DNA from: Vulcanimicrobiota bacterium
GTDB lineage: Bacteria > Vulcanimicrobiota > Vulcanimicrobiia > Vulcanimicrobiales > Vulcanimicrobiaceae
Length of the DNA stretch: 64,000 nt
Direction: 5' to 3'
Assembly (NCBI GenBank): GCA_963777315.1
Contig: CAVZQC010000005.1
Location: forward strand, 160,001-224,000
Part shown: piece after piece, positions 38,092 to 47,658 of the stretch
How positions within the stretch are numbered: the first letter of the stretch is position 1
Layout of the letters: each line of letters opens with the position of its first letter
Position numbers and translations under genes: made by a program
The notes under the pieces: model-generated
Told to the model about the DNA's origin: nothing
The model's input: only the letters and a program-made list of their open reading frames with translations
Databases searched by the model: none

Positions 38092-38778
38092 ATGGACGAA
38101 AACATCGCGCGACGACGCAACGCGGCAATAGCGACAACGGAAGTGATCGAGAATGCTATGAAGATGCTGCTGAACGACCGGCAGACGTTCTCGCGGTTTC
38201 GCGACGCGGTAAGCTCTGCGGTCGCCGTGCGCCAAACGCATTTTCCCGGCGCGGTCGCACGCTGGTACTCGCAGAGCGTGCTGCTCGGACTTCGTCGGCT
38301 AGGAGATTCCGATCACAGGACGCACTCGATGCGCAGATTGTTCGATGCGATGGTGGCGCACCCCGACGAGTGGTCGCTGCGATCTGTGATGGAAATTTGG
38401 GATTCGACGGGACACGGCTACGACCGTGAGATGTTCGAATTCTTGGCGCGGTCAACGTACGGGCCGTTCGCCGACGCGTCCGGCAAGCGCCTCAACGTCG
38501 CAAAGGTGTCGCGGGACCGTGACGATCTCGAGGCGGCGCTGTCGGACGTGAAGAGCGTCGTGAACAAAACCGTCGCGCACGCCGAACGGCACGACGGCGA
38601 AGCGCCGACGATGACGTTCAGCCAATTGGATGCGGCGATCGACTTCTGCCACGAACTGGCGAAGCCGTACATCGCCCTGCTGACGGGGCGCGACTACAGC
38701 GATATGACGCCGACCGAGCAAATCGCCTGGTGGCGCATCTTCGAGGATTGGCCAGAGATGGCGGCCTTTCCGACATGA
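38092..38778 (+). CDS. AbiU2-like HEPN domain protein
   Basis: Y..SVLLGLRRLGD....HSMRRL and VNKTVAH patterns; all-helical; directly downstream of the tRNA. Confidence 0.6.
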   Translation: MDENIARRRNAAIATTEVIENAMKMLLNDRQTFSRFRDAVSSAVAVRQTHFPGAVARWYSQSVLLGLRRLGDSDHRTHSMRRLFDAMVAHPDEWSLRSVMEIWDSTGHGYDREMFEFLARSTYGPFADASGKRLNVAKVSRDRDDLEAALSDVKSVVNKTVAHAERHDGEAPTMTFSQLDAAIDFCHELAKPYIALLTGRDYSDMTPTEQIAWWRIFEDWPEMAAFPT

Positions 38779-38807
38779 GCCTGAAACTGGCACGAAGTGA
38801 GGAAATG

Positions 38808-38839
38808 AAAAAAGGGCGGCCATGTCGGCCGCCCTTTTT
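38808..38839. terminator. Bidirectional intrinsic terminator
   Basis: AAAAAAGGGCGGCC-ATGTC-GGCCGCCCTTTTT. Confidence 0.8.
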
Positions 38840-39259
38840 CGTTTGAACCGGCAGCGAAACGCGCCGGATCGGCGTGAACGGAACGTTGAGCTCGAAGTCA
38901 ACGTCTATCCCGTGCCGCTTTTCAAGCGGAACGAGCGTGCGCAGGTTCAACGCGACGGCCTTGAGGCGCGCCTCGTTCGCGTGCGCCGTTCTGACGCGCG
39001 CCATCGCGTTGAGAACGCAGATGCGCTCGTAGTTCTTCGCGATGGACCGGTGCTTCTTCGCCCCAGTCCGGGAGATCGTGCGGGTCCTAGCGCAATTTTG
39101 CGTCGCCGCGGAAGAAGCGGCAAAACCGGTTAGCGCCAATGCTAAGAGTGATGTCGGCGCCAAAGGCGCATTTTGCCGCCGGCTGCTCGATCATGGGATA
39201 TCGCGGGTCGAAGGTCATAGCAGTCCATAGCAGCACCAATAAGCGGCGAGGCAAGTCCT

Positions 39260-40033
39260 GTGAAAATTGATTTTAGCAAAACAGCCGAGGATTACGGTCG
39301 CTACCGCGCGGGGTTTCCAGAAGAGTTCTTCGAGCGCACAATCAGATCCGGTCTAATTCGCCCCGGCGACCGAGTGCTCGACCTCGGAACCGGCACGGGA
39401 ACTCTGGCACGAGGCCTCGCGCGGCGAGGCTGCACCGTCACCGCGCTCGACCCGTCACCCGAGCTTCTCGCGCAGGCCCGACGATTAGATCGCCAAGCCG
39501 CAATCCATGAAGTTACATATTTCGAAGGACGAGCTGAAGCGATTCCGCTCGGAGATCGTTCGTTTGACGTCGTGACGGCCGGACAATGCTGGCACTGGTT
39601 CGATAGTGCAAAGGCGGCAGCAGAGGCACGGCGCGTGTTGCGAACCGGCGGACGTATTGTCATTGCCCATTTTGATTGGATCTCGTTGCCCGGCAACGTC
39701 GTCGAAGCAACCGAAGATCTGATGGGACGGCATAATCCCAATCGTCTCCTGGCGGGATCCGGATTGCATCCGGAAAGCCTAAAAGACCTTGCAACGACAG
39801 GCTTTAGTGAAATCGAGACGGCGTCGTTCGATGTGGAGGTCCCGTACACGCACGAAGCGTGGCGAGGACGAGTGAGATCGCACGGGGGCATCGGAGGCAG
39901 CCTCGGCTCAGCAGAAGTGATCGCCTTCGATGCTGCGCTAGCGCGGCTGTTGAGAGAACGCTTTATATCCGACCCTCTGCTCGTTCCACACCGCGTATGG
40001 TATGGTACGGCCGCAGTTCACGCTCCGTCATGA
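39260..40033 (+). CDS. Class I SAM-dependent methyltransferase
   Basis: DYGRYRAGFP, VLDLGTGTG, FDVVTAGQCWHWF, RVLRTGG. Confidence 0.92.
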   Translation: MKIDFSKTAEDYGRYRAGFPEEFFERTIRSGLIRPGDRVLDLGTGTGTLARGLARRGCTVTALDPSPELLAQARRLDRQAAIHEVTYFEGRAEAIPLGDRSFDVVTAGQCWHWFDSAKAAAEARRVLRTGGRIVIAHFDWISLPGNVVEATEDLMGRHNPNRLLAGSGLHPESLKDLATTGFSEIETASFDVEVPYTHEAWRGRVRSHGGIGGSLGSAEVIAFDAALARLLRERFISDPLLVPHRVWYGTAAVHAPS

Positions 40034-40052
40034 GCGGCTTCTTGCGTCCGGT

Positions 40053-40547
40053 ATGATTACTTTGCGCACAATCGGCGAAGAGGATTGGCAGTTGTGGCGT
40101 CACCTTCGACTTGAAGCACTCCGGGAGGCGCCCTACGCGTTCGGCTCGACGTTCGACGATTGGCAAGGGCCGGGAGACACCGAATTGCGCTGGCGTAGAC
40201 GCCTGAAAGACGTGCCGTTAAACCTCATCGCCCATGTTGAGGAAACGCCGGCGGGCATGGTGAGTGCCACATCTTCGCAGGTCGATCAAATCGCCGAGCT
40301 CATCTCCCTGTGGGTCGTGCCGTTTGCGCGCGGGCGCGGCGTGGGCGACGCACTCGTCAAGGCCGTGATTCAGTGGGTTACGGACCGGCAAGCACGGCGG
40401 CTGATCTTAGACGTCACGGGCGACAATCACTACGCCACGGCTCTTTATCGGCGTCACGGGTTTACGGACGAAGGATTTATCGAGGGATCTGGACCAGGCT
40501 CGCAAGTCGAACGCCGTATGTCGTACGCTGTGCAGAGAGTCCAATAG
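40053..40547 (+). CDS. GNAT N-acetyltransferase
   Basis: LRLEALREAPYAFGST, LWV.PFARGRGVG, N..A.ALYRRHGF. Confidence 0.92.
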   Translation: MITLRTIGEEDWQLWRHLRLEALREAPYAFGSTFDDWQGPGDTELRWRRRLKDVPLNLIAHVEETPAGMVSATSSQVDQIAELISLWVVPFARGRGVGDALVKAVIQWVTDRQARRLILDVTGDNHYATALYRRHGFTDEGFIEGSGPGSQVERRMSYAVQRVQ

Positions 40548-40725
40548 ATCATCGTGATGATTAGGGCGGACGACTGTAGGATCCGATGACGGGAAAACGC
40601 GACTTAGGCGGCTACCGACTATCGCGAACGACATACAGTGTGGGCTATTTGCGCCATCGCTTTCCGCATCGGTACACTGTGCGGCAGGGTGCTTTACGGA
40701 CAGATGACGCTACTGGTGGTCCCGC

Positions 40726-41140
40726 TCAACCCGCGTCAAGCCGAGTTACACAGGCCCTGGGCGAAAGAACGGGCGGTTCAGGAGCAACAAGGTCCAGCAA
40801 ATGTCGGTCGCCCGAGACAAGCACGCCCGCGCGGGTGGCGCGTGCCAACGCCACGAGATAGTCGTCGTGCGGGTCGGCGGTGAGTCCGGGTTGGGCCGGC
40901 GGGTCCGGTGAAATGCTCGAAAGCTCGCGGATGATGGAGACGAACCTTCGAACCTCGTCCTCGGTCGCGTAGCTGCGGAACTTTGCTCTAAGCAGGACGC
41001 GCTCAAGCTCCTCGAGCAACGCGGACGACGCGATCAGCTCGAATTCGCCGGCCAGCCAGCGCAACAAGAGCCTCTCGCGGCGCCCCGTCAGCCGAAATAA
41101 ATCCAGCGATTAGGACGCCTGGATCGAGAATGGCCCTTAG
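40726..41140 (-). pseudogene. PIN-domain TA toxin, frameshifted near 41075 with no clear start codon
   Basis: RAILDPGVLIAGFISADGAP in one frame; LLLRWLAGEF...DPHDD...LVSGDRHLL in another. Confidence 0.75.
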
Positions 41141-41346
41141 CGATGCCGTTCCCCGTTAGCCAGCGCCAAGGCTTCGGCTTCACTTAGATGCGAACGCCCG
41201 CCGACACGCTCGAGCAGCTCAAGGCCGAGGTACGCGCGCAGCGCCTCCTCCACGACCTGAGAATCACGCTTACCGCTTCGTGCGGCGGTTACACGCGTGG
41301 CCCTCAAGAGGCCGTCCTCGAGATAGACGGTAGTCTTCCGTTTCAC
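41137..41346 (-). CDS. RHH/CopG-type antitoxin
   Basis: KRKTTVYLED.LL...SQVVEEALRAYL, upstream of the PIN gene. Confidence 0.8.
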   Translation of the reverse strand: MKRKTTVYLEDGLLRATRVTAARSGKRDSQVVEEALRAYLGLELLERVGGRSHLSEAEALALANGERHR

Positions 41347-41462
41347 CTTGCCATCTTAACAGAACAGCGTCATACCGTCAAAACGGCCAAGAATCAGGCA
41401 GAAGCCAGTCCCGGGTTGACGTTCCAGTCCGGGTCATCACAATACGGACTAAGTCGCCATTT

Positions 41463-42344
41463 TTAAAAGCCCGGATTCGATTCGCGACTTCCCCTTGTCT
41501 TCTGCTCTTGGGTCGAAGCGGATCGTCTATCTGGGAATTTCAAATACGACTCCGGGTCCACAAACTGCAGGTACGGCGCAAGCTTGACCATTGAGTCCAG
41601 CATCGCGGCGTGCCCCTGTCCGATTATAAGCACCACGCGATCGCCGGGGGCAATAACATGCGTCATGTTCGCGAAGATGTGCAGATTGCGAGCGTACCAA
41701 AACGCTACCAAATCGGCGCCGGCATAGTCGCCGCGCGCATCCCCGATACGGTTGACGTACATGTACCAGGAAGCGTTTAAGCTCAACGCCTGCGGTGTGT
41801 TGAGGTAACGCAAGACGTCGAGAACGCGGCTTTGTTTTTCTAATGTGTCCGAAACGCGGATCAACGGGCGCGAATGCGCATCGGCTTGCTGCAGGATTGC
41901 TGTCTGCCCATGCTTTTTCGCAGAAGCGACTACGGCGTCGTAGTCAAACGGAAATCCCGATTTCGTGTCGATTGGATAGATCGTCGGATTGTGCGATAGA
42001 GCCGCAAGGCGGTACCCGAACTGGTCGTCTTCGTTGGGCCCGAGCCGATACGCTCCGCGCAGATACTCCTTGTAGCGTTGTACGTACTTGGGATCACTTG
42101 CCACCGCTTCAATCATCACTTTGGTCGGCTTAAAGGCCGCCAGACGTGAAACGACGGCGACGATTTGGGCCTGCATCGCCGGACTTAGCGCATCCTGACT
42201 CCAAGCGGCGTTGTGCAGATCGCTTTTTGCCACTAAGTGCGCAACGCCGACGATCATGACCTGGGCTTTGGGCGGATTCGTTTGTGCCGATGCGGGCGAG
42301 CACAGCGCCGCCGTAAGGGCCAAAAACGCCACGGCTCTTTTCAT
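41463..42344 (-). CDS. Secreted DUF5694-like protein
   Basis: Signal peptide; VMIVGVAH, FKPTKVMIE, NE..Q.GYRLA, WYARNL.IF, IIGQGH. Confidence 0.75.
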   Translation of the reverse strand: MKRAVAFLALTAALCSPASAQTNPPKAQVMIVGVAHLVAKSDLHNAAWSQDALSPAMQAQIVAVVSRLAAFKPTKVMIEAVASDPKYVQRYKEYLRGAYRLGPNEDDQFGYRLAALSHNPTIYPIDTKSGFPFDYDAVVASAKKHGQTAILQQADAHSRPLIRVSDTLEKQSRVLDVLRYLNTPQALSLNASWYMYVNRIGDARGDYAGADLVAFWYARNLHIFANMTHVIAPGDRVVLIIGQGHAAMLDSMVKLAPYLQFVDPESYLKFPDRRSASTQEQKTRGSRESNPGF

Positions 42345-42424
42345 GTCGGCCGCTGTAAAACGTCGTTCCACAAGTGGTTTACGGACATCAGGTCGGTGGT
42401 GTTTCGCTCACCCGCGATTCGCCC

Positions 42425-43471
42425 TTACGTCTTTTTCGCCACTAGCGCACTTTGCGGGCTCGGTTCGAGCGAGCAGCGTTCCGGAGCTGGGAAGCCGGCA
42501 TTTTGAAACATGCCCGCATATTCGTCTTCCGTGTACACGTCGCCGTCCGGCGTAGTCGTCAGCATCGTGTAGGCGAAACGAGCCGCGAACGGCGGCGAAA
42601 CGCGGTCCGGATTGGTGATGAAGTCCACCACGATGACGCAACCGCCGGGCTTGAGTGCAGCGTGTGCCTTGCGCAGCAGCCCGGTGGCCTTCTCGGCGTT
42701 GAAATGGTGCAGGAAGTTCGGTATGAGGACCAGATCGTAATCCTGCCCGAACTCCACGGCGAACGCGTCGCCCGCAAGTTCCTCGAATCGTTCGGCCACG
42801 CCGGCTGCGCCGGCATTCTCGCGCGCAACCTTGAGCACCGCCGGCCAATCTTGCGCGACGATGCGCGCTTGTGGAAAACGTCGCGCGACGGCGATGCCGA
42901 ACGCGCCGTGGCCGGCGGCGATATCGAGCACCTTGGACGCAGAGGCAGCGTCCAACGGTGCAAGCTCCGCTACGATCTGCGCGGGGAGCCGCTGCAGCGG
43001 CGCCATGGACGTTGCGAACAGCGTCCACAGCGCAACGTCTGCATCGTGCGTGTTGAGCGAGCTGTGCTCCTCGGCAAGCGTTCCGTCCCGTACGACTTGC
43101 GTAGTCTGCGACGCGCGTTCGACAACGAAAGGGTTGGTCAGAAACTGTACCGCGGAAGCGATGCACGCGGGCGAACGCCGATCGAGGAACAGAGCAGATT
43201 CGGGCGTAAGGCGGTAACGGTCGTCGCGTTTTTCGAGCAAGCCGAGTGTCGAAAGAAAGTCGCAAAGCGTGCGGCAGCCCCGCTGCGATGCGTTGCTTGC
43301 CGTTGCGATGCGCTCGACCGTATCGCACCCTTTCCCGATGGCGCTGAACAGGTCAAGTTCAACGGCAGCTTTGAGCGCATACGTCCGCTGATACGAATTG
43401 GCGATTTCCATGATCGTCGCGGGCGAAGGCGCAGCCTGCGTTTGCATTGGAGCCGTTTGCACTCTGGGCAT
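42425..43471 (-). CDS. O-methyltransferase (dimerisation domain + Methyltransf_2)
   Basis: LKAAVELDLF, VLDIAAGHG, AGDAF, NFLHHF, LKPGG. Confidence 0.9.
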   Translation of the reverse strand: MPRVQTAPMQTQAAPSPATIMEIANSYQRTYALKAAVELDLFSAIGKGCDTVERIATASNASQRGCRTLCDFLSTLGLLEKRDDRYRLTPESALFLDRRSPACIASAVQFLTNPFVVERASQTTQVVRDGTLAEEHSSLNTHDADVALWTLFATSMAPLQRLPAQIVAELAPLDAASASKVLDIAAGHGAFGIAVARRFPQARIVAQDWPAVLKVARENAGAAGVAERFEELAGDAFAVEFGQDYDLVLIPNFLHHFNAEKATGLLRKAHAALKPGGCVIVVDFITNPDRVSPPFAARFAYTMLTTTPDGDVYTEDEYAGMFQNAGFPAPERCSLEPSPQSALVAKKT

Positions 43472-43938
43472 CAGCGCGTTGCCGACGCGTCGGGATCGGG
43501 CGCGCCATCCGGACAGTAGTGCATATGAGTGGCGTGCGAGACGTAGTATGCGTGGATGTCGTAATGCGGGATGGGCATGCCCTCGTGTCCGTGAGGATGG
43601 TACTCGATGTCGACGTGGTTGATCGTGTGCCCGGGCAGCGCGGTCAAATCGGTGTAGTTGAAGCCTCGCTCGAACTCGCTCTTGGGCACCATGATCTCCG
43701 AAAATACCACCTTGCCGTCGTAGGTCCCGTAGATGGGAGCCTGCATGTTCTTCAGGTCGGCCCAGTGATCGCCCATCGTCTGCACGCACGGACTGACCAG
43801 CATGTATCCCGCCGGGATACCCGCGGGCCGCACTTTGGGCTGAGGCGGAAGCTGCATGCCTTCTGGGGGAGCGGCGGCTAGCGCTGCCGGCGTCGCCGCG
43901 GCGAGCGCAAACACAAAAACCATAAGACGTTGAAGCAC
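43471..43938 (-). CDS. Secreted His-rich protein (DUF5602/TTHB210-like)
   Basis: Signal peptide; MGDHW, HVDIEYHPHGHEG..PHYDIH. Confidence 0.68.
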   Translation of the reverse strand: MLQRLMVFVFALAAATPAALAAAPPEGMQLPPQPKVRPAGIPAGYMLVSPCVQTMGDHWADLKNMQAPIYGTYDGKVVFSEIMVPKSEFERGFNYTDLTALPGHTINHVDIEYHPHGHEGMPIPHYDIHAYYVSHATHMHYCPDGAPDPDASATR

Positions 43939-44062
43939 TGTGAGTTCCTTTCACGCTTCGAAAAGCGAGTACGCAGGTACGTTCTTCCGATTCTGCACGA
44001 CAAGCGTCTAGAAAGTGTCTAGGCGGCGCGCAGGTTGCTTGTCCCGAGTCCGCTACGGCACC

Positions 44063-45484
44063 TTAGAGCGGCAACCGGTTCGTGATGTAGTCCGCCACAC
44101 GCCCTGCAGCCGGCGGATCGAGGTTCGAAAGCACCGCGATCACGTAGCCTGCTTGCGGGCAGATCTCCAGGTCGCCGTTCATTCCGGGTGCGCCGCCGTT
44201 ATGTCCGAAGCACCTCGTTCCGTTCACAACGCGATCGCCGAACCCAAACCCGTATTTGATGCCCGGCGCCATCTGCACTTTGCCCGTGGTCATCATCTCG
44301 GTGTACTGCGCGCTCAGCAGCGTATGGTTTTCCAGTGCGTTCGCAAAGCGCAGCAAATCCCTCACGGTCGAATATCCGCCGCCGGCCGACGTGCCGCGAT
44401 ACGGCAGCGTATCCGTATTCGGCTGCACGCCGCCTTGGGGCGCGCTCATGTAGCCGATGCTGCGGTTTGCCACGGCGACGTCTTCGGGCTCCGACCCGCT
44501 ATTCGCCATACCGGCCGGTCCGTAGATGTGCTCGCGCACGTAGTCGTAGTAGCTTTGACCGCTGACTTTTTCGATGACGGCTCCGAGCACAATGAAACCG
44601 TAATTGCTGTACTCGAACTTGCTGCCCGATGTGAAGCGGAGCGCGCGGGCGCCATAGAGATCGATGTAATCTTGCAGCGTGCGCAGCTTCAAGCGGTTCT
44701 TGTCGAACTCAGGGCCGAAAATGTCACCCGTGCCGCCCGTATGCGTGAGCAGCTGCCGAATCGTGACGCTCGAGGCCATCGGCTTGTTGGGGTAAGCCGG
44801 AAGGTACGTTGCGAACGGTTTGTCGAGATCGATCTTGCCGGCTTGAACCAACTGCATGATCGACGTGGCCGTGAACATCTTGTTCATCGATCCGATGCGA
44901 AAGCGCGTATCCAGTGTATTCAGCGTATTCGTTGCCCGGTCGGCAAGACCGTACGCTCGTTCAAATATGGGCTGCCCGTCTTTCGCGACCAGCACGGCGC
45001 CCGCAAAAGCGTCTTTCGCAGCCTGCTCTTGCATACGCGATTCGACGGCCGCAATCAGCTGTGGCTGCGAGAGATGCGGAAGCGGAAAATCTGCAGGACG
45101 ATCTATAGCGACCAACGAGCCGCCCATGATGCGATACGGCGGCTTGCTTTGCACGTTGAAGACGAGCCGCGCGAACTGGTCCGAGAGATGCTCTTGGACG
45201 AGCGCCGTAATCGACGCCGGGGTCGACTTCTCGATCTTCCGCAAGTCAAAACCGCCGGTCATGCTGCGGAACTGCATCTCATCGTCGAGCTGCGGCAGCC
45301 GTTGGGGTTCGTGCTGTTCTAAAAAATGTTTGAACGTTTGCCGGTCGCCGCTATCGAACGCTTGTAACCACGCGCCCAAGGCACGACCTGCGGGCGTGTT
45401 CGGCAGCGCAGGCGACATGGCTGCGTTCCCGCCGAGCGTATGAAGGGCGAAGACCAGCGCGAAAAACCACACGACAAATTTCAT
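44063..45484 (-). CDS. Serine hydrolase, beta-lactamase/PBP family
   Basis: FRIGSMNK (SxxK), LLTHTGG, YSN, GHNGG; signal peptide. Confidence 0.92.
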   Translation of the reverse strand: MKFVVWFFALVFALHTLGGNAAMSPALPNTPAGRALGAWLQAFDSGDRQTFKHFLEQHEPQRLPQLDDEMQFRSMTGGFDLRKIEKSTPASITALVQEHLSDQFARLVFNVQSKPPYRIMGGSLVAIDRPADFPLPHLSQPQLIAAVESRMQEQAAKDAFAGAVLVAKDGQPIFERAYGLADRATNTLNTLDTRFRIGSMNKMFTATSIMQLVQAGKIDLDKPFATYLPAYPNKPMASSVTIRQLLTHTGGTGDIFGPEFDKNRLKLRTLQDYIDLYGARALRFTSGSKFEYSNYGFIVLGAVIEKVSGQSYYDYVREHIYGPAGMANSGSEPEDVAVANRSIGYMSAPQGGVQPNTDTLPYRGTSAGGGYSTVRDLLRFANALENHTLLSAQYTEMMTTGKVQMAPGIKYGFGFGDRVVNGTRCFGHNGGAPGMNGDLEICPQAGYVIAVLSNLDPPAAGRVADYITNRLPL

Positions 45485-45492
45485 GCAAACCC

Positions 45493-47388
45493 TCAATGCC
45501 GCGACATGATCGTTTCGAGCATGTCTGGGCGGCCGGCGATTCGTACCAAGTGCGGGTAGCGCAGCCCGCCGTGGTAATCCACCGAGTACGTCGAATACCA
45601 GCCGCTTTGCGAGCCTAGCAGCCGGATCGAATCGCGTGAACTGCTCGCCTTTGCGATCGCGTCGTCCAGCACGCCGGTAGCGTATTCCTGTCCGTCGACG
45701 GCAACGATCTTCACGCCCGGCGACAGAGCGGCGTTCCACGCGGCCGATCCTTTGCGTACGTCTCGAATCGAGCCGTCGGAACCGATTCGAACACCCAGCG
45801 AATACCACAAGTCGGCGCCGTGGTTGAATCCATCGCGTGCCGATATGAATTCGTTCGGCTTGTCGGTGTAGACCAGGCGCCATCCGGCCCGTTCGATATC
45901 AGCGTACGGTGGATGCGGCGCGATGTCGTAGACGGCGCGCTCGAAGAATCCGTGCCAATCATAGGGCAGTACCTGTCCCAGCAATCGCTCGACGTCGGCG
46001 CGCGTATACGTTTTGGTTATCGGCCCGGTCAGTTGCGGCTGCGTGAACAGATGCTCGAAGTCGTCCAGTGATTTCTTGCCGCCGCTGCGGTCGCGAATGA
46101 TAACGTCGGCAGCCAGCCAGATCAGATGCCCTTCGGTGTAGAAGTCTCCCGCGGTCCGGCGCAGCGAACTGTATTGTCCGCTTGCCGAGTAATAGTAGGG
46201 CGCGCCGGTGGTCGTATCGATGATCGGCGTGGTTGAGCGCCCGGGCTCGTTGTCCATCGCCGCGTAGATGCTTGCCAAATATTCCGGGTAGGTTTTGGGA
46301 TCGCGAATGCCGGTGCGGAACGAAAGCATGTCGCCCAAATACTGATTCATGCCCTCGTACACCCACAGCAGATCCGTTTGCATCGGTATCTGAAAATTCA
46401 GCGTCGTAAGGTCTTGCGGACGCCGGTATTTTCCGTTCCAGGAATGCGAGAATTCGTGCGTGAGCAGATCGCCGCCGGTGACTTGCCGTTTCGGGTCGGT
46501 CATAAAGTTCTCAGGCGCGCGATTGTCACTGCTTTGATGATGTTCGATTCCTTGAAATCCGATCGCGTCGCTGAGGGTGAGAAGCGAATGATAGTCGTGC
46601 CAGTGGCGCGAGCCGTACAGCGCCAGCGCCTGCGGCGTCATGCGCTGATACGCCTGCAGCAACTTGCTGGGAAAGTCCAAATCCTGCGGTTTGTCGGCGA
46701 ACGCGTCCAGCCATTGAGCGCTGTCGCCGCTGCGCCACAACAGCACGTGTTTGTAGTACCGTCCCATGTCCAGAGGAGAATCGATCAGCATGTTGAGCGG
46801 GACGGTATCGAAGTCCACGCGCTGGCCGCTTTGACGCGGACCGGGCAGAGCCGTGCCGTATCCCCATCCCATCGGCAAGATGATGCTCGCCTTGACGAAA
46901 TAGCCGTGCGAGTTGACGTCGTTTTGATAGAGCAGGTCCCGGTTCCAGTTGACGATCGCGACGTTGCGGGTTGCCATCGTATCGCCCGGAGCGTTGAGCA
47001 GCACGGTAAAATCGACGGTTAGCGCATTTACGCCGGCCGGGACGTCGACGTGGAAAGCATACATGTCGATTCGATCGCGCCGCCAGCGCAGATCGCGTCC
47101 GTCCGCGCTCACTCGCAGTTGCGCAAGGTCGTTCAGCGGTCCGGTCGGCCCGTGTTCGCCGGGGATCCACTTTGGATAGACGATGGTAAAGACGCCCGGC
47201 TTTGCCGGAATCGTCATGTGCGATTGCATGATCCCGCGTCCGGCTTGACGCGCGTCCAAAACCAAAGTTTCCGGAATCGCCTGCGTTGCGAGCGAAACCG
47301 CGTTTGCATTCGGCGTCTCCTGTGCCAAACAATGGGCAGGCTGCGCGGCGCAAATCGCAAAAATGAGCGTAATGAGTGCCCGCTTCAT
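45493..47388 (-). CDS. M61 glycyl aminopeptidase with PDZ domain
   Basis: PKWIPG, GIEH, HEFSHSWN, WVYEG; C-terminal PDZ-like region. Confidence 0.92.
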   Translation of the reverse strand: MKRALITLIFAICAAQPAHCLAQETPNANAVSLATQAIPETLVLDARQAGRGIMQSHMTIPAKPGVFTIVYPKWIPGEHGPTGPLNDLAQLRVSADGRDLRWRRDRIDMYAFHVDVPAGVNALTVDFTVLLNAPGDTMATRNVAIVNWNRDLLYQNDVNSHGYFVKASIILPMGWGYGTALPGPRQSGQRVDFDTVPLNMLIDSPLDMGRYYKHVLLWRSGDSAQWLDAFADKPQDLDFPSKLLQAYQRMTPQALALYGSRHWHDYHSLLTLSDAIGFQGIEHHQSSDNRAPENFMTDPKRQVTGGDLLTHEFSHSWNGKYRRPQDLTTLNFQIPMQTDLLWVYEGMNQYLGDMLSFRTGIRDPKTYPEYLASIYAAMDNEPGRSTTPIIDTTTGAPYYYSASGQYSSLRRTAGDFYTEGHLIWLAADVIIRDRSGGKKSLDDFEHLFTQPQLTGPITKTYTRADVERLLGQVLPYDWHGFFERAVYDIAPHPPYADIERAGWRLVYTDKPNEFISARDGFNHGADLWYSLGVRIGSDGSIRDVRKGSAAWNAALSPGVKIVAVDGQEYATGVLDDAIAKASSSRDSIRLLGSQSGWYSTYSVDYHGGLRYPHLVRIAGRPDMLETIMSRH

Positions 47389-47446
47389 AATGCGCTAGAT
47401 TCTGCGGCAACGCCTCGGGATGCTCCCCGGCGGGTACAAGCGCGCC

Positions 47447-47647
47447 ATGGAAGATAAACGCAGGCGAGACGAATTCGGCGAGTTGTTCGAGGACACGTTT
47501 ACCGAGAACGAAAGCACGCCCAGCGGTGAAGCGCGCGAAGACGCGCAAGAAGACGTGCAGTTGGATGCCGACGTAGATTCCCAGGACGACGACCGCGCAA
47601 TGCGCGAGAACGTCTTTGGAGTCAACGACCCTAAACCGAAGACTTGA
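47447..47647 (+). CDS. Small highly acidic hydrophilic protein
   Basis: D/E-rich 66-aa ORF with GGGTAC 9 nt upstream. Confidence 0.55.
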   Translation: MEDKRRRDEFGELFEDTFTENESTPSGEAREDAQEDVQLDADVDSQDDDRAMRENVFGVNDPKPKT

Positions 47648-47658
47648 CGGGCAGGCCC

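Larger units (their letters stand above)
37907..41441. mobile_element. Decayed genomic islet integrated at the tRNA-Leu 3' end
   Basis: GTTCGAGTCCCGGTCATCCCA (37907-37927) recurs as GTTCCAGTCCGGGTCATCACA (41421-41441), 18/21 identical; the cargo is defence/TA-type. Confidence 0.68.

Noticed and set aside
42425..43954. 509-aa ORF as an extended methyltransferase
   Set aside because: The first 161 codons overlap the real upstream gene in another frame; the TGATG coupling marks the start at 43471.
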